Source: Mobula hypostoma (Eukaryota). From it: 64,000 nucleotides of DNA. This document shows positions 52,391 through 63,935 of the stretch, in pieces; positions within the stretch are counted from its first letter, which is position 1, and every line of letters begins with the position of its first letter. The stretch is from NCBI RefSeq assembly GCF_963921235.1, contig NC_086097.1:170688001-170752000 (forward strand). The letters run 5' to 3'. Below the pieces are notes generated by a model, which had not been told where the DNA came from, searched no databases, and saw only the letters and a program-made list of their open reading frames with translations. The position numbers and the translations under genes were made by a program.

Positions 52391-53469
52391 CACTCATGTC
52401 ATTATCATATTTTTCATCAACAGCATGCAGATTAATGCTCTTTTTGAAAATCCAACTTGCCTTTTTATATTTTCTTTATTCTGTGCAGTCCATTAATTTT
52501 TGTCGGCCAGACATGCTCTTTTGTATGTGTCCTCCTTCGTTGCAGTTTTTTTTGCAAGTTTCATCCTTAAATCTGCATCAGTCTGGTATACATGAGCCCA
52601 TGTCACAATGGTAACACTATTTCTTTGGCCAGGCAGGTTTCTGTTTAGACGTTGCAATTTTGGTCAGACACACTTCCATTCTGACTGCAACGTTGTGTCT
52701 CTGCCTGCTTTTTCTATTGATACAGCAATTTCAACTGCTCATTTAAATGTTAGCTGTGCTTCAGTTAGGAACCATTTTTTGAATGCTTTCTTCTTAGATT
52801 CCACAAACTAAATGATTTCTCAGTGCACCATTAAGCCCACTACTGAACTGGCAATGATGAGACAACCTCTTCTATTCAACCATGTAAGCTGAAATGGACT
52901 TCCCATCTTTTTGATTCTATTTATGAATCCTAAAGTGTTCTGCAATCAACAATAGTGTATGTTCTGAATGTTCCCATATTACTATCATGATATCAGCAAA
53001 GCTCATTTCGGTTGGTTTGGTTGGAGCAGTCAAAGTTCTAAGCAAACTGTATGTTTTTCCATTTAGTACACAACATAAAACTAATTGAAAGAGAAATGTG
53101 ATGTCAGGAATAATGTGTATACTCTAGTTTTTACCTTAAGAGGGGCGTGTACATGTGACATGGTAACATAATGATTTATGCCATTCATGTACTATTACAT
53201 ATATCCCGTAATGAATTAGTTAAACAAAGAATGCTTAATCAAACAATATGTATGAAATATTACTCAAATATTAAATGCACAACAGGTATTCCGTTGGAAC
53301 TGGTGATGACTTGCTTTAGTGTTGTGGGTTCTGAGGAGACTGAGGAGGTTAATGTGTGAAATCACAGAGACTTCTACTGAGGGGACAGAAGGAGAGTAGG
53401 AAGTAAGGTGATGAGGTCCTGCAACCACTTATGATTGTGTGTGTGTAAAAATACTCCTAAATGGTGTTA

Positions 53470-54130
53470 AGAAGAAACAGTAAGTTGATAGGCTGGTTAA
53501 AAAGAGTATGGTGTGTTGGCCTTCATTAGTTGGGGGATTGAGCTCAGACGCTACGAGGTAATGTTGTAGCTCTATAAAATTGTGGTTAGACTACAGTTCG
53601 AGCATTTTCTTCAGTTCTGGTCACCTCATTATAGGAACGATGTAGAAATATTTAGAGAAGGTGCACAGGAGATTTATTAGTTTCTTTTGTGGATTAAAGA
53701 CTATGTCTCATGAGGAAAGGTTGAGCAAGCTAGGGCTTTTCTCTTTGAAAGAGGAGATGAGAGACAACTTGATAGAGGTGTACATGAGGATAAGAGGGGA
53801 TAGATAGAAAGGACATCCAGCATCTTTTTCCTGGGTCAGCTATGGCCAATACAAGAGGACATAATTCTAAGGTGTTTAAAGGGAGGCTAAGGGAGGGATA
53901 TTAGAGGTTTATTTTTACACAGAGAGTGGTGGGTGTGTGGAGAATGCTGGTAGAGACAGCTATTGAGGACATTTAAGAGACTCTTTGGATAGTCACATGG
54001 ATGAAAAGAAAAATGGAGGGCTATGTGGAAGGGAATGGTTAGAGTGGCCTTAGAGCAGGTTAAAAGGTCACCCACAACATCATGGCTAGAGGGCTTGTAC
54101 TGTGCTGTGCTGCTGTATGTTCTATGCTCT
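53470..54130 (+). mobile_element. CR1 3' fragment
   Basis: QFWSPHYRND, LIEVY remnants and CTGTGCTG..TTCTATG tail. Confidence 0.85.
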
Positions 54131-55824
54131 AAACCGATCGATCAACACAATTGAAAGAAAACAACAGTACTGAAGATAAAGAGTACAACCTTTGAAAGGA
54201 TGGAGAACATTCAGTGTAGCATTGTGAAGGAGTAAATGAATATTCTGAAACAAGATAGGAGTAGCTAACTGAATCAAAAAATTCTTCCACTGGCACTTTA
54301 CACAGCAACATCAAAGACCAGATGGTTTTATGCCTGGAGAAGAAAACACATCAAAATAAAGTTAACTGGCCAGATCTTGCTAGAATGTGGCATTTTACAG
54401 CATGCCCTGTTAATTAAACTTCTATTTCTGCATCTTTTCTGTTCAAATGTATCCTTGTCTCAGGAAGTGAGAGGTGATGATGATAGCAAGGGGCCACCCA
54501 GTGAATGACAGGACAAGACAGCTAATTCCTTAACCATTGAGAATGGAGGACTAGCAGAGTGGGAAATTATTTGGGAATGTTGAAAACAAATTGTGTATAA
54601 ATACAAAGAGAGAAGGAATTGAGGGCTCAAAGGGAAAGTAGAAAAAAAATGTTAATTAAAATGTGCTATTTAAAAATATATCAGAAATAACAAGTTACGG
54701 CAAGCAAGGATAATAAGCTGTTTACTGTAAATTGTTCCTTTTCTTAGCCCCAAAATTTTGATGATACTGAATCAGAATCAGGCTTTGTAGTTACTTGCTG
54801 ATGTGAAATTTGTTGTTTTGCAGCAGCAGTACAGCGTAAGACTTAAAAATTACTGTAAGTTGCAATAATTAAATATATAAATAAATAGTGCAAAAGAGTA
54901 ATAATGAAGTTGTGTTCGTGGGCTGTTCAGAAATCTGATCAGCTCCTGTACCTCCTCCCTGAAGGTGTTAATAGGAGAGCATGACCGATCTGAATTAACA
55001 ATTGTCAGATTGGTTAGCATTAGATTCCAGGTGAATTTCACAGCCAATTGATGTACAAATTTAGCAAGCTATTTCAAATTTCATAGGGTTGTAGGTGCAG
55101 GCTTTTGGGAAGATTGGGTAAGAGTAAAAGCAAAAGTATTGACCAGAATGATGTAAATCAAGCAGCAAGTTGTGAAGATTTACATCTCATGGTGTTCTCT
55201 TAACCCCTTGAGCTTGGCTGTCTGATTTGAGCATTAATAATGGCCAGCATCATTAACACACCCCCATTTCTCCAAAAGATTCAATGCTGTGCCAAGTTTC
55301 TAATAATGTATTTCATTTATTCTAAAAATCCTTTGAAGACTTAATTAGAAATGTTTAACGTACCAAATTCAATTGAAATTAAGCCGGAGAGTCAAGAAGG
55401 TGCAACAAGAATGATAAATTCATTGAAAATTCATCCCCAGTAGAGCTATGATTGCAAGCAGATTCTGAAGAAGCTTGTCAGCTATTTTTCCTAAAGTCAG
55501 GTATCTCTCGTCATCTAATCTCTCATTCACTCAATAAACGCATGATTAACAACCACAGTGCTGGGTGCTGGTCACCATTCATTTAAAAAAATATTCCTGT
55601 AATTCTTTGAAGATTCCCCTGTAGTGGAAGACTGTAAAATTGTACACCATAACCAATTCAATGGGATTTCCCCCAAACATCTGCTGGAATGTGCTTAGAA
55701 GTAGCGAGGGTGCTAAGCATTCTTGGAACTGTAATGAGACAGAGGAGAAGACAAGGAATTTGACAACAGAGAAGATTAGACATGAGGGATACAGATTCTA
55801 TATACTGTAGCAGACCAGATTCTA

Positions 55825-55966
55825 CTAGATCAGCCTTTCAAATCTCTTACTAGCTCTTCCTTCAGTTAGTCCTGACGAAGGGTCTCAGCCTGAAACGTCG
55901 ACTGTACCTCTTCCTAGAGATGCTGCCTGGCCTGCTGCGTTCACCAGCAACTTTGATGTGTGTTGC
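55825..55966 (+). mobile_element. Penelope-like terminal repeat
   Basis: Well-preserved copy ending GATGCTGCCTGGCCTGCTGCGTTCACCAGCAACTTTGATGTGTGTTGC. Confidence 0.8.
55868..55903 (+). ncRNA. Minimal type I hammerhead ribozyme motif with intact core
   Basis: AGTC-CTGACGA-A-GGG-TCTCAG-CCT-GAAA-C-GTC-GACT: stem I AGTC/GACT, CUGANGA and GAAA boxes, stem II GGG/CCU, palindromic ACGU in place of stem III, GUC cleavage triplet. Confidence 0.75.
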
Positions 55967-56029
55967 CCAGACTGCTTGCTTGCTTTTGATTGGGGTCAGA
56001 TGCATCAGGGAACGTAGTACATAGAACAG

Positions 56030-56765
56030 GAAACTTGGAATACAGTGTTCAGTTCTAGTTGCCTCATTATAGGAAGGATGTGGAAACATTGGAGAGGGTG
56101 CAGATAAGATTTACCAGCATTAGAGAACATGTCTAATGCCTTATGAGGAAAGATCAATTGAGCTCAAACTTCTCTCTTTGGAATAAAGGATGACAAGAGA
56201 TGACTTGATAAAGGTCTAGAAGATGATAAGTGGCATAGATAGAGTGGACAACCAGCATTTGTTTTCTGCAGAGGACATCCCATTTAGCTAGTGGAGGAAA
56301 GTTTAGGGAAGATGTGTGAGGTCGGTTTTTTACATAGAAAGCGGTAAGTGCCTGGCGTGTACTGCTGGGCATGGTGGGAGAGGCTGACTCTTTAGGGACA
56401 TTTAAGACAGCTTTAGATAGGCATATGGATGAATGAAAAATGAAGGGTTATATATGGTGTAGGAGGGAAGTGTTGGGTTGATCAAGGAGTAAGGTAAAAG
56501 TGCAGCACAACGCCATGGCCCATATTGTGCTGTACTATACTATCTCCCATGTTCTAGTACAGCACTGGAATGGCCATGCAGCCTACAATGTCTGTAGAAA
56601 GCATAATACCAAATTAAACTAGTTTTCTTTCATCCACATCCCTCCCTGCCTGCATGTTTATGTACCAATCTAAAAGCATTTCCAACTTCACTATTGCATC
56701 TGCTTCCACCACCACCCCTGACAGCCCATTGCAAGCACTCAGCACTCTCTGCGTGAAAGAACTTG
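56030..56765. mobile_element. Two CR1 3' ends, tail to tail
   Basis: Plus-strand copy ~56030-56555 and minus-strand copy ~56555-56765 (FTQRVLSACNGL..VVEAD). Confidence 0.8.
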
Positions 56766-57778
56766 ACAAATGTAGAATTGAAAGTGGGGGTTGCCTTTGA
56801 ACGCCTGATTTCATGTTTCCTTCGGAAGGTCATTTCCCACTTTTTCCTTGGGAAAAATACTGTGTGCTTTCACCCAAACTATGCAGTTCAGAAGTTCTGA
56901 GCGACTACCTGGGAAGGATAGGTTGTCTTATGTGGAAAACACAGGCACTTACCTGGACTAGGCACTTCACCTGCCAATCCATTGATGTACTTTATCATTG
57001 TGGGCAGGTTTGATAGAGGTGTGGAGAGCATTTAAACTAATTTGGCAGGGGGATGGGAACCAGAGTGATGGGACTGAGGATGCAACTAGATGCAGTGTAT
57101 AGTGAGACTGTGTAAGGAAGGCGCAGGAAAAATACGTCACAAGGATTCTAAAAGGAGAATGAGGCAACTGTGGGTGACAAGGGACGTCAACGACAGCATA
57201 AGAGCAAAAGAGAAGGCATATACATAACAAAAATCAGTGGGGATGTAGAGTATTGGGAAGCTTTTAAAAACCAACAGAATGCAATTAAAAAACCAAAAGG
57301 AGAAAAAAGATTAGATTAGATTAGATTAGATTATGAGGACACTCAGTCCTCATTTATTGTCATTTAGAAATGCATGCATTAAAAAAGATGCAATGTTCCT
57401 CCAGAATGATATCACAAGAAAACACAAGACAAACCTAAAACTGACAAAACCACATAATTATAAAATATAGTTACAACAGTGCAAAGCAATATCGTAATTT
57501 GATAAAGAGCAGACCATGAGCACGGTAAAAAAAAAGTTGAAGTATGAAAGTAAGGTAGCCAATAATATAAAACAGGATACAAGAAGTTTTTTTTTTGGAT
57601 ATATAAAGAGTAAAAGAGAGACTAAAGTGGATATCAGACCGATGGAAAATAAAACTGGAGGTAGTAATGGGGGACAAAGAAATGGCGGCAGATTTAAAAG
57701 TATTTTGTATCAAACTCCACTGTGGAAGGCACTAGCTGTATGCCAGAAATGTGAGAGTGTCAGGTGCCAGAAATGAGT

Positions 57779-57911
57779 CCTGTCGAAGGGTTTCAGCTCA
57801 AAACGTCGACTGTACTTTTTTCCCCCATAGATGCTGTCTGGCCTGTTGAGTTCCTCCAGCATGTTGTGTGTGTTGCTAGGATTTCCAGCATCTGCAGATT
57901 TTCTCTTGTTT
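57779..57911 (+). mobile_element. Penelope-like terminal-repeat mini-insertion with 15-bp TSD
   Basis: GTGCCAGAAATGAGT (57764-57778) / GTGCCAGAAGTGAGT (57912-57926); mutated hammerhead core CTGTCGAAGGG..AAAACGTC. Confidence 0.85.
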
Positions 57912-58683
57912 GTGCCAGAAGTGAGTGTTGTTCTATTAGTAAAGAGTGGTGCTTGGGAAGTTGAAAAGTCTGAGGGTAGGTATGTCACCTGGACCAGATG
58001 GACTACACTTCAGGGTTCTGAAAGCGGTAGCTTGAAGAGATTGAGTAGGCATTGGTAATGATCTTTCAAGAATCATTAGGTTCTGGAATAGTTTCTGAGT
58101 ACAGGAAAATTGAAAATGTCACTACACTCTTTAAGAAGAGGAGGCAGAAAAAAGGAAATTATAGGCCAACTAGTCCGACTTAAGTAGTTGGAAAGATTTT
58201 GGAGTATGTTATTAAAGATTAGGTTTTGGGTACATGGAGGCCAAAATCAACATGGTTTCCTTCAGGGAAAATCTGTTTAAATTCTTTGAGGAAATAACAG
58301 GTAGGATAGACAAAGAAGAGTCAGTGGACGTTGTTCATTTGGATTTTCAGAAGGCCCTTCATAAGGTGCCACATGTGAGGCTGATTAACAAGATAAGAGC
58401 CCATGGTATTACAAGAAAGACACGAGTATGGATAGAAGATTGGCTGACTGGCAGGAGGCAAAGAGTGGGAATAAAGGGAGCCTTTTCTGGTTGGTTGCCA
58501 GTGACTAGTGGTGTTCCATAGGGTTCGATGTGGGACTGCTTCTTTTCACGTCATGTGCCAATGATTTGGATGGTTGGAAGGAATTGATGGATTTGTGGCC
58601 AAGTTTACGGCCAATATGAAGATAGGTGGAGGGACAGGTAGTGTTGAGGAAACAGAGTGCCTGAGGCAGATTGGGAGCATGAG

Positions 58684-58892
58684 CAAAGAAGTGGCAGGTG
58701 GAAGGCAGCATAGGGAAATGTATGGTCATGTACTTCGGTCGAACAAAAAAAATAGCATAGACTATTTTCTAAATGGGGAGCAAATTTTCAAAGAAGTGGC
58801 AGGTGGAAGGCAGCGTAGGGAAATGTATGGTCATGTACTTTGGTAGAACAAAAAAAATGGCATAGACTATTTTCTAAATGGGGAGCAAATTC
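58684..58892 (+). repeat. 105-bp tandem duplication inside the CR1
   Basis: CAAAGAAGTGGCAGGTGGAAGGCAGC.. starts at both 58684 and 58789. Confidence 0.9.
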
Positions 58893-59438
58893 AGAAATTG
58901 GAGGTGCAAAGGAAATTGAGAGTCCTAGTGCAAGTAAACCTTACAGGTTGAGTTAGTAGTAAGGAAGGCAAATGCAATGTTAGCATTCATTTTGAGAGGA
59001 CTAGAATGTAAAAGCAAGGATATAAAGCCGAGGCTTTATAAGCCATTAGTCAATCCTCACTGAGTTTTGTGAACAGTTTTGGGACCCTTATCTAAGAAAA
59101 GATATGCTAGCATTGGAGTGGGTCCAGAGGACATTCACAAGAATGATCTCGGAAATGAAAGGGTTAACATATGAGGCGCGTTTGATGGCTCTCGGCCTGT
59201 ATTCACTGGAGTTTAGAAGAAAGAGGAGGATCTCCTTGAAACCTATCGAATATTTAGAAGTTTGGGTAGAGTGGATGTGGGGAGGATGTTTCCTATAGTA
59301 GGTTAATCTCAGAGCAGGGGGTACAGTCTCACAGTAGAGGGCCCTTTATTTAGAACAGAGATGATGAAAAATTTCTTTAGCTAGATGACAGTGAATCTGT
59401 GGAATTCATTGCCAGAGATGACTGTGCAGGCCAAGTCA

Positions 59439-60108
59439 TTTGGTGAGATCTGACATATATTGGGGGAAAGCTTTGTCGAGCACCATTGTTCCATCCATTG
59501 CAACAGCCAAGATCACCTGGTGGCCAGCTATTTCAGTTCCACTTCCCATTTCCGCATGACATGTCTGTCCATGGCCTTCTCTGTTGCCGTGTTGAGGCCA
59601 GAAACTGACTGAAGGAGCAGCACCTCATATTCTGTCTGGTAATCTCCATTCTGATGGCATTAACATTAATTTCCCAAACTTGTAGTAACCACTCTATGCT
59701 GTTTCCCCCACAACCCCCCTCCCATTTTACTTATCCATGTGGGCTTGTTAAACCTTCTCTTTTCCCTCCCTCACCTTCATGACCTGCCCATCACATTCAC
59801 CATCCTCATTTATTCCATGGTCCACTGTCCTCTCCTATCAGATTCCATCTTCTTCAGCCCTTTTCTTATCCACTTTTCACCTCCCAGCTTCTCACATCAT
59901 TCCATTTGTTCCCCTTTCCCTACCTACCTATCTTCCCCTTCTCACCTAGAATCACTTATCTCCTGCCAGCATGTGCTCCTCCCCTTCCCTCTACCTTTCT
60001 AATATGGCTTCTGCCCTCTTCATTTTCTGTCCTGATGAAGCAACTAAGCCAAAAACGTTGACTGTTCTTTTCCCTCCATAGATACTGCCTGACCTGCTGA
60101 ATTTCTCA
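59439..60108 (+). mobile_element. Penelope-like element 3' portion: GIY-YIG endonuclease remnant, pyrimidine tract and terminal repeat (resumes at ~62086-62125)
   Basis: My translation: GEI*HILGESFVEHHCSI..DHLVASYFSSTSH / DMSVHGLL..LKEQHLIFCL..DGIN, matching the C-terminal half of PLE GIY-YIG (IGET.R.L..RF.EH..E...I..L....G.N); followed by CTGATGAAG at 60032. Confidence 0.8.
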
Positions 60109-62085
60109 GAATCAGAATCCGGTTTATTATCAGTGGCATGCGACGTGAAATTTGTTAACTTAGCAGCAGCAGTTCAATGCAATATATCATCTAGCAGAGA
60201 AGAAAAATAATAAATAAAAAGGAAATCTATTACAGTATATGTATATTGAATAGCTTTAAAAAATGTGCAAGATACTACATATTTAAAAAAAGTGAGGTAG
60301 TGTCCAAAGATTCAATGTCCATTTTGGAATCCGATGGCAGAGGGCAAGAAGCTGTTGCTGAATCGCTGAGTGCCTTCAGGTTTCTGTACCTCCTACCTGA
60401 TGGTAACAGTGAGAAAAGGTGAAAAGACAATTTCGAACGAGGTTGGAGGTGACATTGGATGCATGGCAACTCTGGCAGGGTCTGCAAGACATTACTTTCT
60501 GCAAAGCAAAATCCAATAAATAGCATGAATGACAGCAATGCTTCACTACAAGATGAACTCAACGTCTTCTATGCTCGCTTTGAAAGGGAGAACACAACTA
60601 CAGCTGTGAAGATCCCTGCTGCACCTGATGACCCTGTGATCTCCATCTCAGAGGCCGATGTTAGGCTGTCTTTAAAGAGAGTGAACCCTCGCAAGGTGGA
60701 AGGTCCCGATGGAGTACCTAGTAAAGCTCTGAAAACCTGTGCCAGCCAACTAGCGGGAGTATTCAAATACTCAAGGACATTTTCAACCTTTTACCTCCAC
60801 GGGCAGGAGTTCCCACTTGCTTCGAAAAGGCAACAATTATAGCAGTGCCTAAGAAGTTGTCCTATCCAAGACTGGAAGAAGCTGCAGAAGATCATGAACA
60901 CAGCCCAGCACATCACACAAACCAATCTTCCATCCTTGGACTCACTTTACACCGCACGCTGTCGGAGCAGTGTTGCCAGGATAATCAAGGACACGACCCA
61001 CCCAGCCAACACACTTTTCATCCCTCTTCCCTCCGGGAGAAGGCTCAGGAACTTGAAGATTTGTACAGCCAGTTTTGGGAACTGCTTCTTTCCAACTGTG
61101 ATAAGACTGCTGAATGGATCCTGACCCGGATCTGGGCCGTAACTTCCAAATATCCAGACCTGTCTCAATTTTTTTGCACTACCCTACTTACCCATTTCTA
61201 TTTTCTATTTATGATTTATAATTTAAATTTTTAATATTTACTATCGATTTGTACTCCAGGGAGCACGAAGCGCAGAATCAAATATCGCTGTGATGATTGT
61301 ATGCTCTAGTATAAATTGTTTGGCGACAATGAAGTATAAAGTATAAAGAATAATGTGAGCTGCCTTAATGACTATCACCCGGTAGTACTCATGTTGACAG
61401 CGATGAAATGCTTTGAGAGTTTAGTCATGACTAGACTGAACTCCTGCCTCAGCAAGGATCTGGACCCAGTGCAATTTGCCTATCGCCACAATAGGTGAAT
61501 GACAGATGCAATCTCAATGGCTCTCCACATGGCTTTAGACCACCGAGACAACACAAACACCTGTTCATCGACTACAGCTCAGCATTTAATACCATCATTC
61601 CCACAATCCTGATTGAGATTTTGCAGAACCTCACTCCGCAATTGGATCCATGGCTTCCTAACTGAAAGACCACATTTTGTGTGGATCGGTGATAACATCT
61701 GCTCCTTGCTGACGATCAACACTGGCGCTCCTCAGGGGTGTGTGCTTAGCCCACTGCTCTACTCTCTATATACAGCGGCTATACTTTATTAGAAGTTTGA
61801 AGAGATCTGGCATGTCAACAAATACACTCAAAAATTTCTATAGTTGTACTGTGGAGAGCATTCTGACAGGCTGCATCACTGTCTGGAATGGAGGGGCTAC
61901 TACACAGAACCGAAAGAAGCTGCAGAAGGTTGTAAATTTAGTCGGCTCCATCTTGGATACTATCCTACAAAGTACCCAGGACATCTCCAGGGAGTGGTTT
62001 CTCAGAAAGGCAGCGTCCATTATTATGGACCTCCAGCACCCGGGGTATACCCTTTACTCACTGTTACCATCAGGTAGGAGGTACA
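60109..62085. mobile_element. Rex1/Babar-type LINE with 5' inversion; second Rex1 3' fragment nested at ~60853-61345
   Basis: 3' end on the minus strand (60109-60419); body on the plus strand (60421-62085: ELNVFYARFE, GPDGVP, DPVQFAY, ESILTGCITVW); 35-bp inverted overlap at the ends. Confidence 0.85.
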
Positions 62086-62214
62086 TTGTTTTGTGTGTGT
62101 TACTCCAGGTTTTTAATTGCAAGAGTTGAGGTGTGAGAAGGAATGAGAAGGTAGGCAAAGTCTTGAACGATATTTATAGGGTGAGGGTAATTCCTATCAT
62201 TGTAGAACCTGGAA

Positions 62215-62610
62215 CCTAGGGTGGTGCAGTAGCATAGCAGTTAGAATAATGCTTTCTAGCACCAGTGATCAGAAGATCAGGGAGGAGTTATACATTTACC
62301 CTGTGACTGAGTGCATTTCCTCCAAGTGCTCAAGTTTCCTACCACATTCCAAAAAGATGTTCTGGTTAGGTTTAGTAAGTTACATACTATGTTGGTGTCA
62401 GAAGATGTTCTGGTTAGGTTTAGTAAGTTACATGCTATGTTGGTGCCAGACGATGTTCTGGTTTAGTAAGTTGCATGCTATGTTGGTGCCAGAAGAATGG
62501 CGACACTTGTGAGCTGCCCCAGCACATCTTCAGGCTGTGCTGGTCATTAATGAAACATTTCGATTAATTTGATGTTTCGATGTACATTTGACAAATAATG
62601 CTAATCATTA
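62215..62610 (+). mobile_element. V-domain SINE with an internal 48-bp triplication (62355-62493)
   Basis: tRNA-like head GGTGCAGTAGCATAGCAGTTAG; V core TTTCCTCCAAGTGCTC..TTTCCTACCACATTCCAAA; three AGATGTTCTGGTT..GTTGGTG units. Confidence 0.8.
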
Positions 62611-62904
62611 ATCTTTTTTCTTTAACTAAAAATAAGGGGTTGTTGGCTAAAAATAAATTCCAGGCAATTTTTTTTCCTCTTAAGTTGGTTGCATGTCTTT
62701 GGAACTAAGTTTACAATCAAATCGGTCACAAACTTATTTAATGGTTTGATAACCTTAGTAATATGAATTTATATGCTTGTATGTTTCTGTGATATATTAA
62801 TCCATGGTCCTGTCTGCCCTCTTAGGCGAATGTAACAGATACCATAGACTATGTGAGAAAGAATGAAGGAGCTCCCCCAGTCTCCTGGCTAGCACATAAA
62901 CCAA

Positions 62905-63935
62905 ATGACAAAGGAGCAGAATTAGGCTATTCACCCTATTGAGTCTGCTCTGCTACTCAGTCATGGCTGATTTATATTCCCTCTTAACCCTTCTTCCTGC
63001 CTTCTCCCTGTAACTTTAATGCTGTTACTAATAAAGAACCTATCAACCTTTGCTTTAAATTTACCCAATGGCTTGGCCTCCATAGCCATCTGTGGCAATG
63101 AATTCCACAGATTTATCACCCTCTGGCTAAAGAAATTCCTCCTCATCACTGTTCTAAAGTGACATCCTAAAATTCTGAGGCTATGCTCTCTGGTCCTAGA
63201 CTCTTCCACCATAGGAAACATTGTCTCCACATCCACTCTAGTTAGGCATTTCATGATTCAGTAGGTTTCCATAGGATTCCCCTCCTCCATTCTTCTAAAC
63301 TCCAGTGAGTACAGGTCCAGAGCCATCAATAAATGCTCCTGATATGTTAACTCTTTTATTCCCAGAATCATTCTCGTAAACCTCCTCTGAACCCTCTCCA
63401 AAGCCAGCACAGTTTTTCTTAGATAGGGGCACAAAACTGCTCCACACTCCAAATGTGGTCTGGCCAATGCCTTATAAAGCCTCAGCAGCACATCAACCCT
63501 TTTATATTCTAGTCCTCTCAAAATAAATGCTAACATTGCATTTGTCTTCTTTAATACTGACTCAACTAGCAAGTCTATCTTAAGAGAATCCTGCACTAGG
63601 ACTCTCAAACTTCCAATTTCTGAGTTCTCTCCCCATTTAGAAAATAATCTATGCCATTTTTCCTTCTACCAAATTGCATGACCATACATTTCCCTGCCCT
63701 GCATTCCACCTGCTATTTCTTTGTCCATCCTCCTAATCTGGCCGAGTCCTTCTGCAGAATCCTAGCTTCCTCAACATTTGTTATCCCTCCATCTATCTTT
63801 GTATCATCCACAGACATGGCCAAAAAGCCATCGACTCCATTATTTAGTTCATTAATGTAAAATGTAAAAAGTAGCAGACCTGATAACAACACCTGAGAAC
63901 AAAACTAGTCACTGGCAGCCGTTCAGAAAAGCCTT
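62905..63935 (-). mobile_element. CR1 3' fragment
   Basis: ORFs 62961-63254 and 63258-63608 (LYKALARPHLE, LERVQRRFTRMI, RRNFFSQRVINLWNSLP). Confidence 0.92.

Larger units (their letters stand above)
45385..53284 (-). mobile_element. Decayed Gypsy/Ty3 LTR retrotransposon, twice interrupted by LINEs
   Basis: Homologous LTRs 45385-45637 and ~53072-53284; polypurine tract 45638-45650 on the minus strand; gag zinc-knuckle remnant ~52510-52620, protease IELDTGSAVS (49901-50167), RT ~48920-49780, RNase H ~47150-47435, integrase HITSAPY..TNCLAERFVQSLK (46169-46471) in Gypsy order. Confidence 0.9.
57000..59438 (+). mobile_element. Long decayed CR1 LINE with several nested insertions
   Basis: KYESKVANNIK.D..SFF.YIK, LDFQKA..KVPH.RL, RRQRV, LEWVQRTFTRMI motifs; inserts at ~57310-57525 ((GATTA)n-tailed) and 57779-57911. 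Confidence 0.9.

Noticed and set aside
54420..54510. Pyrimidine tract plus CAG acceptor followed by EVRGDDDSKGPPSE*
   Set aside because: Too short, no recognisable homology and no supporting donor or poly(A) context; such matches are expected by chance.
62355..62493. CRISPR-like array
   Set aside because: Units are contiguous with no unique spacers, no cas genes are present and the context is eukaryotic.
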